Below, in pieces: positions 1 to 12,098 of a stretch of DNA of 43,926 nt. The stretch covers positions 93,521,605 to 93,565,530 of the forward strand of contig NC_068987.1 in NCBI RefSeq assembly GCF_001194135.2, given 5' to 3'. The notes under the pieces were generated by a model that had not been told where the DNA came from, searched no databases, and saw nothing but the letters and a program-made list of their open reading frames with translations. A program made the translations under genes and the position numbers. The first letter of the stretch is position 1. Every line of letters begins with the position of its first letter. The stretch comes from Octopus bimaculoides (taxonomy: Eukaryota).

Positions 1-226
1 ACAGAGGAGGGAGAGGAGGGGCAGCAGTAGGAGTAGTTAGGAGGATGTAGGTCGGTGAGGGAAAGAAAGAGGGAGAACGAAGAAGAAGAAGAAGAAGAAG
101 AAGAAAAAGAAGAAGAAGAAGAAAAAGAAGAAGAAGGAGGAGGAGGAGGAGGAGAAGAAGAAGAAGAAGAAGAAGAAGAAGAAGAAGAAGAAGAAGAAGA
201 AGAAGAAGAAGAAGAAGAAGAAGAAA
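1..226. repeat. Polypurine compound microsatellite (GGA/GAG)n-(GAA)n
   Basis: Directly visible runs of gaa and gga; they produce the spurious poly-E and poly-F ORFs at 37-342 and 55-270. Confidence 0.97.
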
Positions 227-534
227 TTATATGCGGCAGTCATTCTATGAAATCCATACCGAAATGTTAATAAAATTGAATAAATTGTACCCAGGTGGCT
301 TCTCCAAGAAAACGTTGAAATTTTCAACATATTAAGAAGCAATTCAAGATATTGTTGTGAATAAAATTACTGACGTTCCTCTCGGGTCCCTCTGTCTATC
401 ATCTTGTTGAACCAGTTTCATATTATACGTATTATTGTCGTTCTTTTGCTCTTGTTATTTTTTTACATTTTCTTGCTCATATAAATCTCCGATTTCTGTT
501 TCTGCTTTTCTAGTTTTTATTATTATTTTCTAAT

Positions 535-565
535 AATGAAGGAAATAATAATAATGATAATAATG

Positions 566-625
<60 letters not shown>

Positions 626-735
626 ATGATGGTGATGATGATGGTGATGATAATGGTGATGATGATGACGACGATGACGACGGCGATGATGATGATTAGG
701 AGGAGGAGGAAGGAGGTGGATGAAGGAGGAGGAGG

Positions 736-780
<45 letters not shown>

Positions 781-787
781 GTAATAA
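535..787. repeat. Compound trinucleotide microsatellite (AAT)-(GAT)-(GAC)-(GGA)-(AAT)
   Basis: Visible in-phase trinucleotide runs. Confidence 0.95.
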
Positions 788-789
788 TG

Positions 790-1160
790 TTAATAGAAAT
801 TGAAAAACTGGCACCTCAAGGCGACTACCGTACCAGTGATTGAAGGATCTCTAGGAATGATAAAAAAAAAAGGTACTGAAACCTATTTGAAAATGATACC
901 AGGCTTACCATCCCTACAGGAAGTGCAAAATATCGTGCTAACTGGAACGACTCATGTACTGAGAAGAGCATTATCGCTGTAAAAACAACATCCATTGATG
1001 ATTTTTTTTTTTTAATACATATTTTACCTGTGAATTTGCGTGTGTAAACTGGGAATGCGTACAACGAGTTTCTCTGCCCTAGGTGTACGGAAAACACTCG
1101 GCGAGAAATGGAAGAAGATTTTAAGAAAGAAGAAAAAAAGCAACATAATAATAACAATAA
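790..1160 (+). mobile_element. R4/Dong-clade non-LTR retrotransposon, 5'-truncated 3' end (lineage A, copy 1)
   Basis: Encodes WHLKATTVPVIEGSLGMIKKKGTETYLKMIPGLPSLQEVQNIVLTGTTHVLRRALSL* (stop 980-982), the C-terminus of the RLE domain. It is followed by a 3' UTR and an AAT/AAC tail, and is highly similar to the minus-strand copy at 20222-20836. Confidence 0.85.
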
Positions 1161-1747
1161 TAAAAGTCCGGACGCAGTACAAAGGCAGTGGCTCTCATGG
1201 CTTCCGATCTCAATTGATTGGAAGTATTATCATGTACATTATTTTCTCTTGGTGTAAAAGATGGGCTACAGCAAATATTCTGCTCAATACCACAGATTTA
1301 CTTGTCAGTTGTATGACCTTAACCAATTTAGCATGTTCCTTTGCGGCTGACGATCTGTGCATCTCTGATCATGAGCAAAAGTAGTGGGAGAGCATCATAG
1401 CCACGTGTTGAGGGGAATTCTTTGGGGTTTGAATAATTCACCTTTGGGAATATGGGTGTTTTGCTCAACATCCTTAAACAAACCTTATTCAGGGACCTTT
1501 TGAGCGGGATGGGCTACTCGACCTGAAGAAAATTCTAAATGGGCCCCACCTGCGAGGTCATGCGTTGTTTATCTTGATATGAGATCACCATGTCGCACAA
1601 ATATTGTTTGATGCATGTGCCTGGTGTACCCTTATCAGACGGGTAGTCATGATGGGTATAGTAGACTTCCTATATTTTACCTCAGTGTCACTTTGAAGGC
1701 ATGCACAGCTCTCTCACTCAATAATAATAATAATAATAATAATAATA
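1160..1747 (+). mobile_element. ~560-bp non-coding interspersed element with (AAT)n tail (copy 1, near full length)
   Basis: Shares sequence with 6487-6818, 15382-15900 and 42621-43222. Ends in ctctctcactc followed by (aat)n. Confidence 0.85.
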
Positions 1748-2283
1748 NNNNNNNNNNNNNNNNNNNNNNNNNNNNNNNNNNNNNNNNNNNNNNNNNNNNN
1801 NNNNNNNNNNNNNNNNNNNNNNNNNNNNNNNNNNNNNNNNNNNNNNNNNNNNNNNNNNNNNNNNNNNNNNNNNNNNNNNNNNNNNNNNNNNNNNNNNNNN
1901 NNNNNNNNNNNNNNNNNNNNNNNNNNNNNNNNNNNNNNNNNNNNNNNNNNNNNNNNNNNNNNNNNNNNNNNNNNNNNNNNNNNNNNNNNNNNNNNNNNNN
2001 NNNNNNNNNNNNNNNNNNNNNNNNNNNNNNNNNNNNNNNNNNNNNNNNNNNNNNNNNNNNNNNNNNNNNNNNNNNNNNNNNNNNNNNNNNNNNNNNNNNN
2101 NNNNNNNNNNNNNNNNNNNNNNNNNNNNNNNNNNNNNNNNNNNNNNNNNNNNNNNNNNNNNNNNNNNNNNNNNNNNNNNNNNNNNNNNNNNNNNNNNNNN
2201 NNNNNNNNNNNNNNNNNNNNNNNNNNNNNNNNNNNNNNNNNNNNNNNNNNNNNNNNNNNNNNNNNNNNNNNNNNNNNNNNNNN

Positions 2284-2640
2284 GTTTCCCTAAAAGAAAT
2301 GGAAAAACTTTCAAAATACAAAGACCTGAGAATAGAGATAACTCGAATGTGGAATCTAAAAACAGAAACAATTCCTATCATAGTAGGTGCCTTAGGTATA
2401 ATAAAAAAAAATATTCAGACAAATACATAACAAAAACACCAGGACTTACAAATATATATAACATACAGAATATTGCACTACTGGGTACTGCACACATCCT
2501 ACGCAAAACACTTTCAATACAGTAAACATAAGAGCACCACAGCAAACCACAACACATACCCAAGGCGCACAGAGCTGCGCTCGGTAGTGAAGTGAAAGCA
2601 CGTTATAAAAATTAAACTACTGAACAATAATAATAATAAT
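2284..2640 (+). mobile_element. R4/Dong-clade LINE 3' end (lineage B)
   Basis: Encodes SLKEMEKLSKYKDLRIEITRMWNLKTETIPIIVGALGIIKK, then after a frameshift in an A-run KTPGLTNIYNIQNIALLGTAHILRKTLSIQ*. It has a 3' UTR different from lineage A and an (AAT)n tail. Confidence 0.85.
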
Positions 2641-2675
2641 TGTTTGGCATTATTATTATTATTATTATTATTATT

Positions 2676-2731
<56 letters not shown>

Positions 2732-3329
2732 TATTGTTGTTGGTGTTGTTGCTATTTTGTTTTAAGTTTTGATCTAACTGAGTGTGAAATATTCAATCGC
2801 CACCACTTTTCCTCTGACATGTTTAGTTAAACATTTTCTTCAATTCGTTCCATCTTTCCTCAGAAATTCGTCCGTCTTTTCTCAATTTTTATGTCTTATA
2901 TTTCAAATCATGTTTTTTTTTAAATTTTAATTTCTTCATCAGTTCAATAATTATTTCTTCTTGTTTCCCATATGCTACCGGTAAATTCTTTCAGTTACAT
3001 TTTTTTTTCGCACATTTTTTTCTATTTTATTCAGCTATCGTTTTAATTTTGAAGTAATTTATTTAAAGTCACTCGAAATATATTAATTATATTTCATGTC
3101 TTGTGATTTGCTTTAATCACGTGACTGAATTAATGAAAATTATTTATTTATTTCGGAGAGCAATTGATCTCGCGTGTTTCGTGCGATTCTTTTTTATGCA
3201 AAATAATAAAATCTTCTTCTTCGTAATCATCATCACAATTATTCTCCTGCTCATCCGCCTCGACTTAATCATCAGCCATCTTGGTTGTTTGCCGTCGATG
3301 TCATAATCATTTCTACTGAATATTGCAAT

Positions 3330-3433
3330 TTTGAACATCACACATATTGTACTTGACGTCGTCGTCATCATGGTTAACATCCTCACCATTACCATCATCA
3401 ATATTATCCTGAACATAATCATCATCATCATCA

Positions 3434-3464
<31 letters not shown>

Positions 3465-3600
3465 TATCATCATCATCACTGTCATCGCCACCTTCACTAT
3501 AACCAGCAATAAGACGACCACCACCACCGCCACCACCAGCACTACCACCACTACCATCCTCACAGTCGTCGTCGTTGTCGTTATCATCTTTGGTCATGGT
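3330..3600. repeat. Degenerate compound trinucleotide tract (CAT/CGT/CAC)
   Basis: Visible 3-nt periodic runs; source of ORFs 3144-3587, 3313-3615 and 3331-3645. Confidence 0.9.
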
Positions 3601-4079
3601 TTCTCTATCTCGCATAATTGCAACAGCGAACCCATGAAGAAATAATTGAGACCCCTAGCAATTTAGAACTAAAGATAGGAAATATTAACCTAGAAGATTA
3701 ACCTTAATTTACCCCCAGGTGCTGATAAACCGTGCCATAACACCTATCAAAAGCTAAGATCTATTAACAGAGGTCTTGTCGTCCTTAGTGTATAAAAAAT
3801 TATTCCTCAATATTAGCCACAGTGTCTCCGGGTAATGTTCCTGACAAATCAGCCCCTTATTATATTAAACGCTTAAAGGTAGCGCATTTTAAGATAAAAT
3901 TAATATGTGCGGCCCTAAGCCATATGACACAAACAAAGACAAATGTAAGATAATTATTTGCTTCAAATATTTTTGTTCCCAAAATGGGAAGAGTAACGTC
4001 GATTGAAACTTTTAAAGCTACTAAATAAGTATTAGCCACCCCCTCATCATAATTACAGTAAGATATTCAGTTGGCCTTC

Positions 4080-4500
4080 TTTGGAAAACAACTCTTCCTG
4101 CGGACACCTTCCATGAGGTCGAACATCACACAGGAAGTCCGATCAGAAGTAAACCCGAGTTGTTCCTGTTGAATAGAGGATGATTCTCCACTTGAACAAA
4201 AATGTTGAGTAACGTCTCAAGCGTATAGAGATACCACGACACGAGAAGAAACCAACAACATAAACGCTGGAAAAAAATATGCAGGTATGGTACAAGACCG
4301 TTTCATCTTCGGTACTGCTCACATACCGCATCCTTTGATATGGAGAAAAGAAGAGGACAAGAACGGCCCTTACGAAGCTTGTCAAAGAAGAGAAAGTGAA
4401 AGGATTAACCACAGCAAACGGAAAATTCTGGATCGGTCCAGGCCGCATATCAGAGGAACAAAGAAATGGTCTCTTTGCCTAACCGATAAATTTCGAGCAT
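4080..4500 (+). mobile_element. Heavily decayed RTE-type LINE ORF 3' end
   Basis: Pieces from three frames (WKTT; KRWKK; GTAH/TASF; EKRRGQERP; VKEEKVKGLTT; LDRSR) follow the order of the RTE-type C-terminal pattern RRWKWIGH...AHTAL.W...GRRKRGRP...VEKE...GLTW...DR. Several frameshifts are needed. Confidence 0.4.
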
Positions 4501-5571
4501 GACCTGGATCAATATCCAATGATACCTAAACAATAGGAATGAGATCTTCAGTGTGAATTAGCATATCAAGTCCCATCTCCCCTCCTTTCTGCACTGGAAT
4601 AACCATACAACTTCAGCGTGTTAATCATCCGCGTAAAATAATTTTACATACACATACACACATCAGCCGATATCTTTAACAGTCAACAAATAAAATAAAA
4701 CAAAGCTATCAGACCGTCGCGCATACAATGACCACAAACTAACTGTACAAGCACATTACACTCAGAGCAAAAGCAAATAAGTATAGAAAAACTAGTTTAT
4801 CTGCCATTCACCAAACGTCAACAAATCACCAATATTTTAATGAGACATTTTCCCTTAAACAAAATGTGTTTTCCCCTGATTAATTCTGTGCTTTTGAATC
4901 ACGGGATTTTAATTCAACATCGCCATCTTATTTGAGAAGTGATAAAAGATCTATATTAAAACGTAGGCATTCAGGAATTGTCAGCAGATAGGGATTTCGA
5001 AACTGAAGGTGCCCCAAACCGTGCCGGTTGACTATACATAGCCTCCCTTATAGTACAGTCAGCCACGTTGTATGTGTAAAGAATATTTCTATGACGTGGT
5101 TGTAAATGCTTTAAAACAGACGAGATGATGATAACTGTTGAACCTATTTCGATCATTGGTGTTCCCCATGAAGGCTGACCTGGGACTAGACAACAACAAC
5201 AAGAAATACATCTTTGTCCATCATGCACGTCGTACGATCATTGCTGTGAGTGTATGCGGCAACAACCATTATATAACAACAAAATCAACACAGCCCACAT
5301 AAACACATAAATTTCTATAATGCCACCTAATAAAATCACCAGCAATCTATTAGAATAGCACTCTTGTCCTTAGATTTGATCTCAGTCCTTCTCTTGCTCT
5401 GTCAGTTTTTCAATTAAGAAACCTTAACGACACTGCCGTTTCATTTAAATATGTCCGCTACTACACTCTCCCAAATTAACGGCACTCGTTCTATAAGCGT
5501 CTCTCCTAAGTTGCCACTTGACTGAAAACTGATTGTCTTTTGATTGGTAATTCGGATAAAGGTATTGGTAT

Positions 5572-5623
5572 TTCGTACATGTATTTGTCTGTGTACATGT
5601 ACACAGACAAATACATCTACGAA
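5572..5623. repeat. Spacer-less palindrome: 38 bp perfect (5579-5616), 52 bp with one mismatched pair
   Basis: ttcgtacatgtatttgtctgtgtaca|tgtacacagacaaatacatctacgaa; pairs checked by hand, only 5578/5617 mismatch. Confidence 0.95.
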
Positions 5624-5650
5624 CAGTCCCCTGGGCAGGCCTAAAAGTAA

Positions 5651-5698
<48 letters not shown>

Positions 5699-6017
5699 GC
5701 GATAGCTCATGATACTATCGTCCTTTCCTGCTACTTCATAGTCTCTTCTGCCTTGTCATTCATTCTCGTTGTTACCATCATCCACTCCTACCCTCACTTC
5801 CCTTTATCTCACGATTTTCTTTCTTTTATTTGCATCCTTTTTCCTATTTCATTCACTCAATTCTCTTTACTATTCTTCTGAATCATCATCTCTTCCCTCC
5901 TCTCTTACATTATCTTGATCGACCAATAAAGTACGTCTCTGTGGTCGTATGACTTGTTAGAAAAAACATACTGATATACCTCAAACCTTATCGTTTTAAC
6001 AAACGAAGGACACATCA

Positions 6018-6490
6018 TATGAGCGGGTCCCCCACCAAAAATAACCCACTGGAATTTTGCAATATCATTTTATTCACTTAGTTTAACATGTTTACACTTT
6101 TATCGCCTTCAAAGTATTCTCCATTTGAAGCAATGCATCGGTCTGCTTTTGATCTTCCGTGAGCAAGCGAGACACGAAGTTTGCTGCAACTATTTTCATT
6201 TGCAATTCCTCGCTCAAAATTCGTTGGCAGGAGCTCCAAAACACACCAGCTATATTATAAAGTTCGTCAATTATTCGCTGACGGACCTTCAAGATCAGTT
6301 CATGAATTATTTTCGCGATGTTTTTTTTTCGTTCGAAAGCTCGACGGTCTCCCCTTATCAAGATTGGTCCTCAAACAACAAGTAACCATTCTTGAAGCGT
6401 AAAAACCACTCGTAAACTTGTGTCTTGCTCATGGTAGTAGCCTTGTAAGCTGTTTGAATCATGACAACTGTTTCATTCGTCGTTTTCCCC
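6018..6490 (-). mobile_element. Mariner-type transposon remnant with internal deletion of the catalytic domain
   Basis: Minus strand reads GKTTNETVVMIQTAYKATTMSKTQVYEWFLRFKNG, then GRPSSFRT...SCQRILSEELQMKIVAANFVSRLLTEDQKQ, joined directly to the C-terminal CIASNGEYFEGDK. A TIR-like end lies near 6018. Confidence 0.85.
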
Positions 6491-6818
6491 ATCTCGCTCA
6501 AATGGACCTTGAATAAGGGTTACTTCAGGATGCTGATTGAAACGCCCATGTATCCAAAGGTGAATGATCCAAAGCCCAAAGAATTCCTCTCAACACATGG
6601 CTATCATGCTCCCCCACTACTTCCGCTCGTGATCAGAGAAGAACATCGTCAGCCACTAAGGGACATGCTCAACTGACAAGCAATTCTGTGGTATTGAACA
6701 GAATATTTACTGTAGCCCATTTTTATACCAAGACAAAACAATGTACATGGTAACACTTCCAATCAGTTAGGATCAGAAGCCACGGGACCCACTGTCTGGT
6801 ACTGCATCAGGGCATTTA
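6487..6818 (-). mobile_element. ~560-bp element, copy 2 (5' half only)
   Basis: Reverse complement matches the 5' portion of 1160-1720; its 5' end (ataaatgccctgatgcagtacc) abuts a GAT/AAT tract. Confidence 0.85.
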
Positions 6819-6848
6819 TCATCATCATCAGCAGCATCATCATCATCA

Positions 6849-6900
<52 letters not shown>

Positions 6901-6901
<1 letters not shown>

Positions 6902-7095
6902 GGTGGCAATCTGGCAGAATTATTACTACGTCAGACAAAATACACAATGACATTTCTACAGGTTCTTTTTTTTTTGGCTGAGTTCAAATTCTCTCAAGAA
7001 CAACCTTGCTTTTATCCTTTCCGGGTCGATGAAATGAAGTACCAGTTAAATATTGGTATCGACCATCCCCTATCCCTCAATATTACTGCTCTACC
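6901..7095 (+). mobile_element. Degenerate SINE-like repeat (family with ctgagttcaaatt B-box-like motif)
   Basis: ggtggcaatctggcagaat...ctgagttcaaattc...gggtcgat...aagtaccagtt; homologous to 29451-29630 and 42460-42600. Confidence 0.65.
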
Positions 7096-7776
7096 ACATG
7101 AATTTGAAATAATTATTATCGCAATGATGATGGTAGAGATACCCGTTCCATAACGCTGAGTCGAGCCAGAAGGCGAGGATGAGAAAGGCGGAGAAATAAC
7201 AGCATAAAATTATCTTCAACGACTGCAGCGATATCAGTTTTATTGTCTGCATTGCTTAGATTTTTGTTTATTTGTGCAAATAGAAGGGATACATATACAT
7301 TCGTCTGCAGCGGTTAATCTGCATTGCCTCTATTCTCCGTTGAACAAGTCTAAAGTATAAGTTGAACAAGTAATTCTTTAATAACACTCTGTATATGTCA
7401 GCAATGCTACTCTTTTGGGTCGCCAGGCACATTAATTATAACAGGACTGTCATCAGGAAACATTAATCTGTGAATGAATTGAACAGTTCCACTATGAAAG
7501 TCATTAAGATATATAGTGAAGAGACGTGAAATTGCTGAGAATCAGGTGGGTTGCTAACGGTTTCGATGTAGTTCTCATAAGTGTTTGAATCATTTATCAT
7601 TGTTTGAAATTCTGGTGAGTCGCAAACACTAAGTGGTTCAGGTGCTGACCTGACGCTGCATGTAAGTTGTTCCTTGGACTTTATTTTGACTTGTGTCAAT
7701 ACGATTAGATCGATACCAGATATATGCTGAGCGATTTATACATATTAGCGTCATTGTAACAATGAGAGACTATAGG

Positions 7777-7821
<45 letters not shown>

Positions 7822-7855
7822 GGGAAACAATGAAAATTGTCATAAATGTGTGTGC

Positions 7856-7889
<34 letters not shown>

Positions 7890-7925
7890 CTCTGTGTGGG
7901 TATGTGAATGTGTCTGTATAAAAGA

Positions 7926-7989
<64 letters not shown>

Positions 7990-8834
7990 NNNNNNNNNNN
8001 NNNNNNNNNNNNNNNNNNNNNNNNNNNNNNNNNNNNNNNNNNNNNNNNNNNNNNNNNNNNNNNNNNNNNNNNNNNNNNNNNNNNNNNNNNNNNNNNNNNN
8101 NNNNNNNNNNNNNNNNNNNNNNNNNNNNNNNNNNNNNNNNNNNNNNNNNNNNNNNNNNNNNNNNNNNNNNNNNNNNNNNNNNNNNNNNNNNNNNNNNNNN
8201 NNNNNNNNNNNNNNNNNNNNNNNNNNNNNNNNNNNNNNNNNNNNNNNNNNNNNNNNNNNNNNNNNNNNNNNNNNNNNNNNNNNNNNNNNNNNNNNNNNNN
8301 NNNNNNNNNNNNNNNNNNNNNNNNNNNNNNNNNNNNNNNNNNNNNNNNNNNNNNNNNNNNNNNNNNNNNNNNNNNNNNNNNNNNNNNNNNNNNNNNNNNN
8401 NNNNNNNNNNNNNNNNNNNNNNNNNNNNNNNNNNNNNNNNNNNNNNNNNNNNNNNNNNNNNNNNNNNNNNNNNNNNNNNNNNNNNNNNNNNNNNNNNNNN
8501 NNNNNNNNNNNNNNNNNNNNNNNNNNNNNNNNNNNNNNNNNNNNNNNNNNNNNNNNNNNNNNNNNNNNNNNNNNNNNNNNNNNNNNNNNNNNNNNNNNNN
8601 NNNNNNNNNNNNNNNNNNNNNNNNNNNNNNNNNNNNNNNNNNNNNNNNNNNNNNNNNNNNNNNNNNNNNNNNNNNNNNNNNNNNNNNNNNNNNNNNNNNN
8701 NNNNNNNNNNNNNNNNNNNNNNNNNNNNNNNNNNNNNNNNNNNNNNNNNNNNNNNNNNNNNNNNNNNNNNNNNATATATATATATATATATATATATGAC
8801 ATTTACATGCGTAGATAGATAGATAGATAGATAA

Positions 8835-8873
<39 letters not shown>

Positions 8874-11754
8874 AGTTTCTCATTCTCTCAGATTATCACG
8901 AAAAGTTGAAATGTTTTTTCTGCTTCTAAATTACTGCGATCATATTAATAACGCAACAGTGATATAAACGTGAGTGAATGTTTCCATAAACTGTCGAAAA
9001 CTAGTGTACTACATTCTATTCAGCAGCAATAACTATAACATTAACGTACCGTCTATCTATAGAACAGTATTCATTCAAGTGTGACCGACACGCGGCCTCC
9101 CTAAGAGTATAACTTTTTGAGAAACTAATGGCCGCAGATGCCTCATGAATAAATTCATATCGCGGGAACATATGGCTTTGGGTGTGCTGAAATTTGGCTA
9201 TTCACTAAGTAGGAACAAAAGAGAACCTAGGAAATGGAGAATGGGCCTCAGGAAAATATCTAGCATCCATCTGATTTCTTGAACCATGTATATTACTTGT
9301 GGTAGGTGATCTTATTGTGTAGAATAACAGTTACGGTCTGTGTGACGTACGCTAGTTTATTGGCTCATAATTATGTAGACAACGATTTGGAAGTGAATAT
9401 TTTCTGCATGCTGCAATAGTTAAACTTTATATTGTCCTTGTTGAACAGGTGTTGATTATTTTCTATTTGATAATCAGTACAATAAAATGCTCCACACCTT
9501 ATTGAATCCTTATTGTTACATGGTGAGTTACACTGAATACAATTTCGCTACGTAATATTTGTTGTTCATATTTTAATCCCAGATTATTATTGGCCGAGTA
9601 CAAATGTTTTTGTAGACATGCTACTCATGACAATCCGATATTCTTTGTGTAAGAATAATTAAATTATACACATTAAGCTTCTTTCTTAAAATTATTTAAC
9701 GTTTTGAAGACATTGAACTGTTGTTCCTAGCGAGTCGAACGCCTACAGATATGCTAACTCGTTATATCATTATTTTCCTTGTATTGTAGAACGGTATTTA
9801 GTTCTTTATTATCTTATCCTTTGTTAATATCAGCAGCTATTCAACAAGAACAAGATAATGGCGAGCGACAGCTGCAAGCAGAACATGTCTAATACCGTCA
9901 AACAACTAAATGCGAAAACATGGCCATATACAAACTGAAAATTGTTTACGTGAAATAATTATCTTCGCATATGAAATTGTTAAATGTACATCAACACTAT
10001 ATTATAGCCTTTTCTCCGCCACCATTCATGAAATATAAAACTAATACGTCGCTATATATGATACACAAAATCATTTTAGTCTGCTTCAGCATCAAAAATG
10101 TATCTTACATACTTCACGTAGGTTAGATGAAGCCCGTCGATCTACTGGAAAGCATAATATCTGGTATTGTTGGATCTATCTATTTCTACATATGATATAT
10201 GAATAGGTTTACTTCCGTAATTCGAAATGCACAAACACAAAATTTACTTTTCATCACTATGTTGCGGATAAAATATACAGCAGGTAAGTAAAAGAAGTGA
10301 ATAAAATGAATATATTTTTCTTTCAAATGGTCGTGTGTTAATGAACGAAATTAAACTAGATTGACATTTCGCGGGCAATGCATTGAGTTAATCATCCTCA
10401 ATAGCCAAGCATTTGAAGATAATTAATATCTTGATTCTTTCTTGCACAAGTACATAGGAACCACTGTGAGTATAATCGCATGACCATACTCAAATTAAAA
10501 TTATATCTGAAATACTCATCAATTTATGATAAACCTACAACAGGTGTGCATGGGTCGGTGACGCTTCTGAAGACATGAACAGCGCTTCCCCTCTCGAATG
10601 ACTTGCTATGGGCAAACATATAGCTGTTTAGGTTTATTTTATTTCATATTTTTAACACCATCCAAAAGTAGAGAAAGTAACCTGTAACGTCAGCTGTCTT
10701 TTTCTCGGGGATCAAAGTCATAACTTCGACCTAGTATTCGATCTATTCATTTTACCCATAAGGCACAGTTAAATGAATTAGGGATTTTTGAGACGACATC
10801 TTGTTTCAGGGTGTGGTTGGCTTGCTGCGAGTAAACGCCATTGAAAAGGACCCACAAGGCCGAAATGGATCTGGGGTTCTACCCTGCCGTTGAGATGATG
10901 TGTTTTCCTCTCCCTCTCATATTTATTGTGCGTCCAGCAAGCGAATAAGAAATATTATCTTAAGATAAATGTTGTCATAATTGGCCTATCAAATCTGTGT
11001 GTGTGTATGTCTGTGTGTATCTATGTGTATGTATGTATGGATGTATGTTTGTATGTATGTATGTATATATATATATATTTATATATATATNNNNNNNNNN
11101 NNNNNNNNNNNNNNNNNNNNNNNNNNNNNNNNNNNNNNNNNNNNNNNNNNNNNNNNNNNNNNNNNNNNNNNNNNNNNNNNNNNNNNNNNNNNNNNNNNNN
11201 NNNNNNNNNNNNNNNNNNNNNNNNNNNNNNNNNNNNNNNNNNNNNNNNNNNNNNNNNNNNNNNNNNNNNNNNNNNNNNNNNNNNNNNNNNNNNNNNNNNN
11301 NNNNNNNNNNNNNNNNNNNNNNNNNNNNNNNNNNNNNNNNNNNNNNNNNNNNNNNNNNNNNNNNNNNNNNNNNNNNNNNNNNNNNNNNNNNNNNNNNNNN
11401 NNNNNNNNNNNNNNNNNNNNNNNNNNNNNNNNNNNNNNNNNNNNNNNNNNNNNNNNNNNNNNNNNNNNNNNNNNNNNNNNNNNNNNNNNNNNNNNNNNNN
11501 NNNNNNNNNNNNNNNNNNNNNNNNNNNNNNNNNNNNNNNNNNNNNNNNNNNNNNNNNNNNNNNNNNNNNNNATATATATATATATATATATATACATCCA
11601 TACATAGATACGTATATACACATGGATACACAGACATACCCATATGTCTGTGTGTATCTGTGTATGTATGTATCTGTGTATGTATATATGTATGTATGCA
11701 TGTATGTATGTATGCATGCATGTATGTATGTAAGTATGTATGTATAGTTATAAT

Positions 11755-11990
11755 ATATATGATGGACTTCCGAGTCGAAGACATTTGCTGAACGACCTGC
11801 ACAAATGATCTGTTTATAGTCATCAAATGTTCGTAGCGGACATTAGTTCCCTCTTTCCACCAAATTGTCTGAACAATTGCACGGTGTGAAACCCATCAGA
11901 TGTCGGATAGATCGCAGAGCAACGTAAAATGAAGTGTTTTGCTGAAGACCACAACGCACCACCTGGTGATCATTGAACTACGGTAGTAGT
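11755..11990 (-). mobile_element. SINE-like repeat fragment (same family as 39800-40124)
   Basis: Shares atatgatggact, gaacgacctgcacaaatga and gaagtgttttgctgaagaccacaacg with 39800-40124. Confidence 0.7.
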
Positions 11991-12098
11991 TGGATAATAT
12001 TCTTAAAGTCGCAGTTTACTCACACACAGCATTTTTCAGAGCTTCTCGCTAATTCAGTTCTTAACCAAATTAAAAACTGTTAACAAATTAAAAACTGC

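Noticed and set aside
4287-4502. VQDRFIFG resembling a Gypsy Gag motif
   Set aside because: Surrounding frames fit a decayed RTE-type LINE end better, and there are no LTR or other Gag features.
4971-5228. Minus-strand ORF with AG acceptor (GQPSWGTPMIEIG...)
   Set aside because: About 70 stop-free codons is within chance for 44 kb in six frames; no recognisable domain or partner exon.
7463-7699. ORF with receptor-tail-like NTYENY motif
   Set aside because: No convincing splice acceptor or linked exons, and the motif is too short to support a call.
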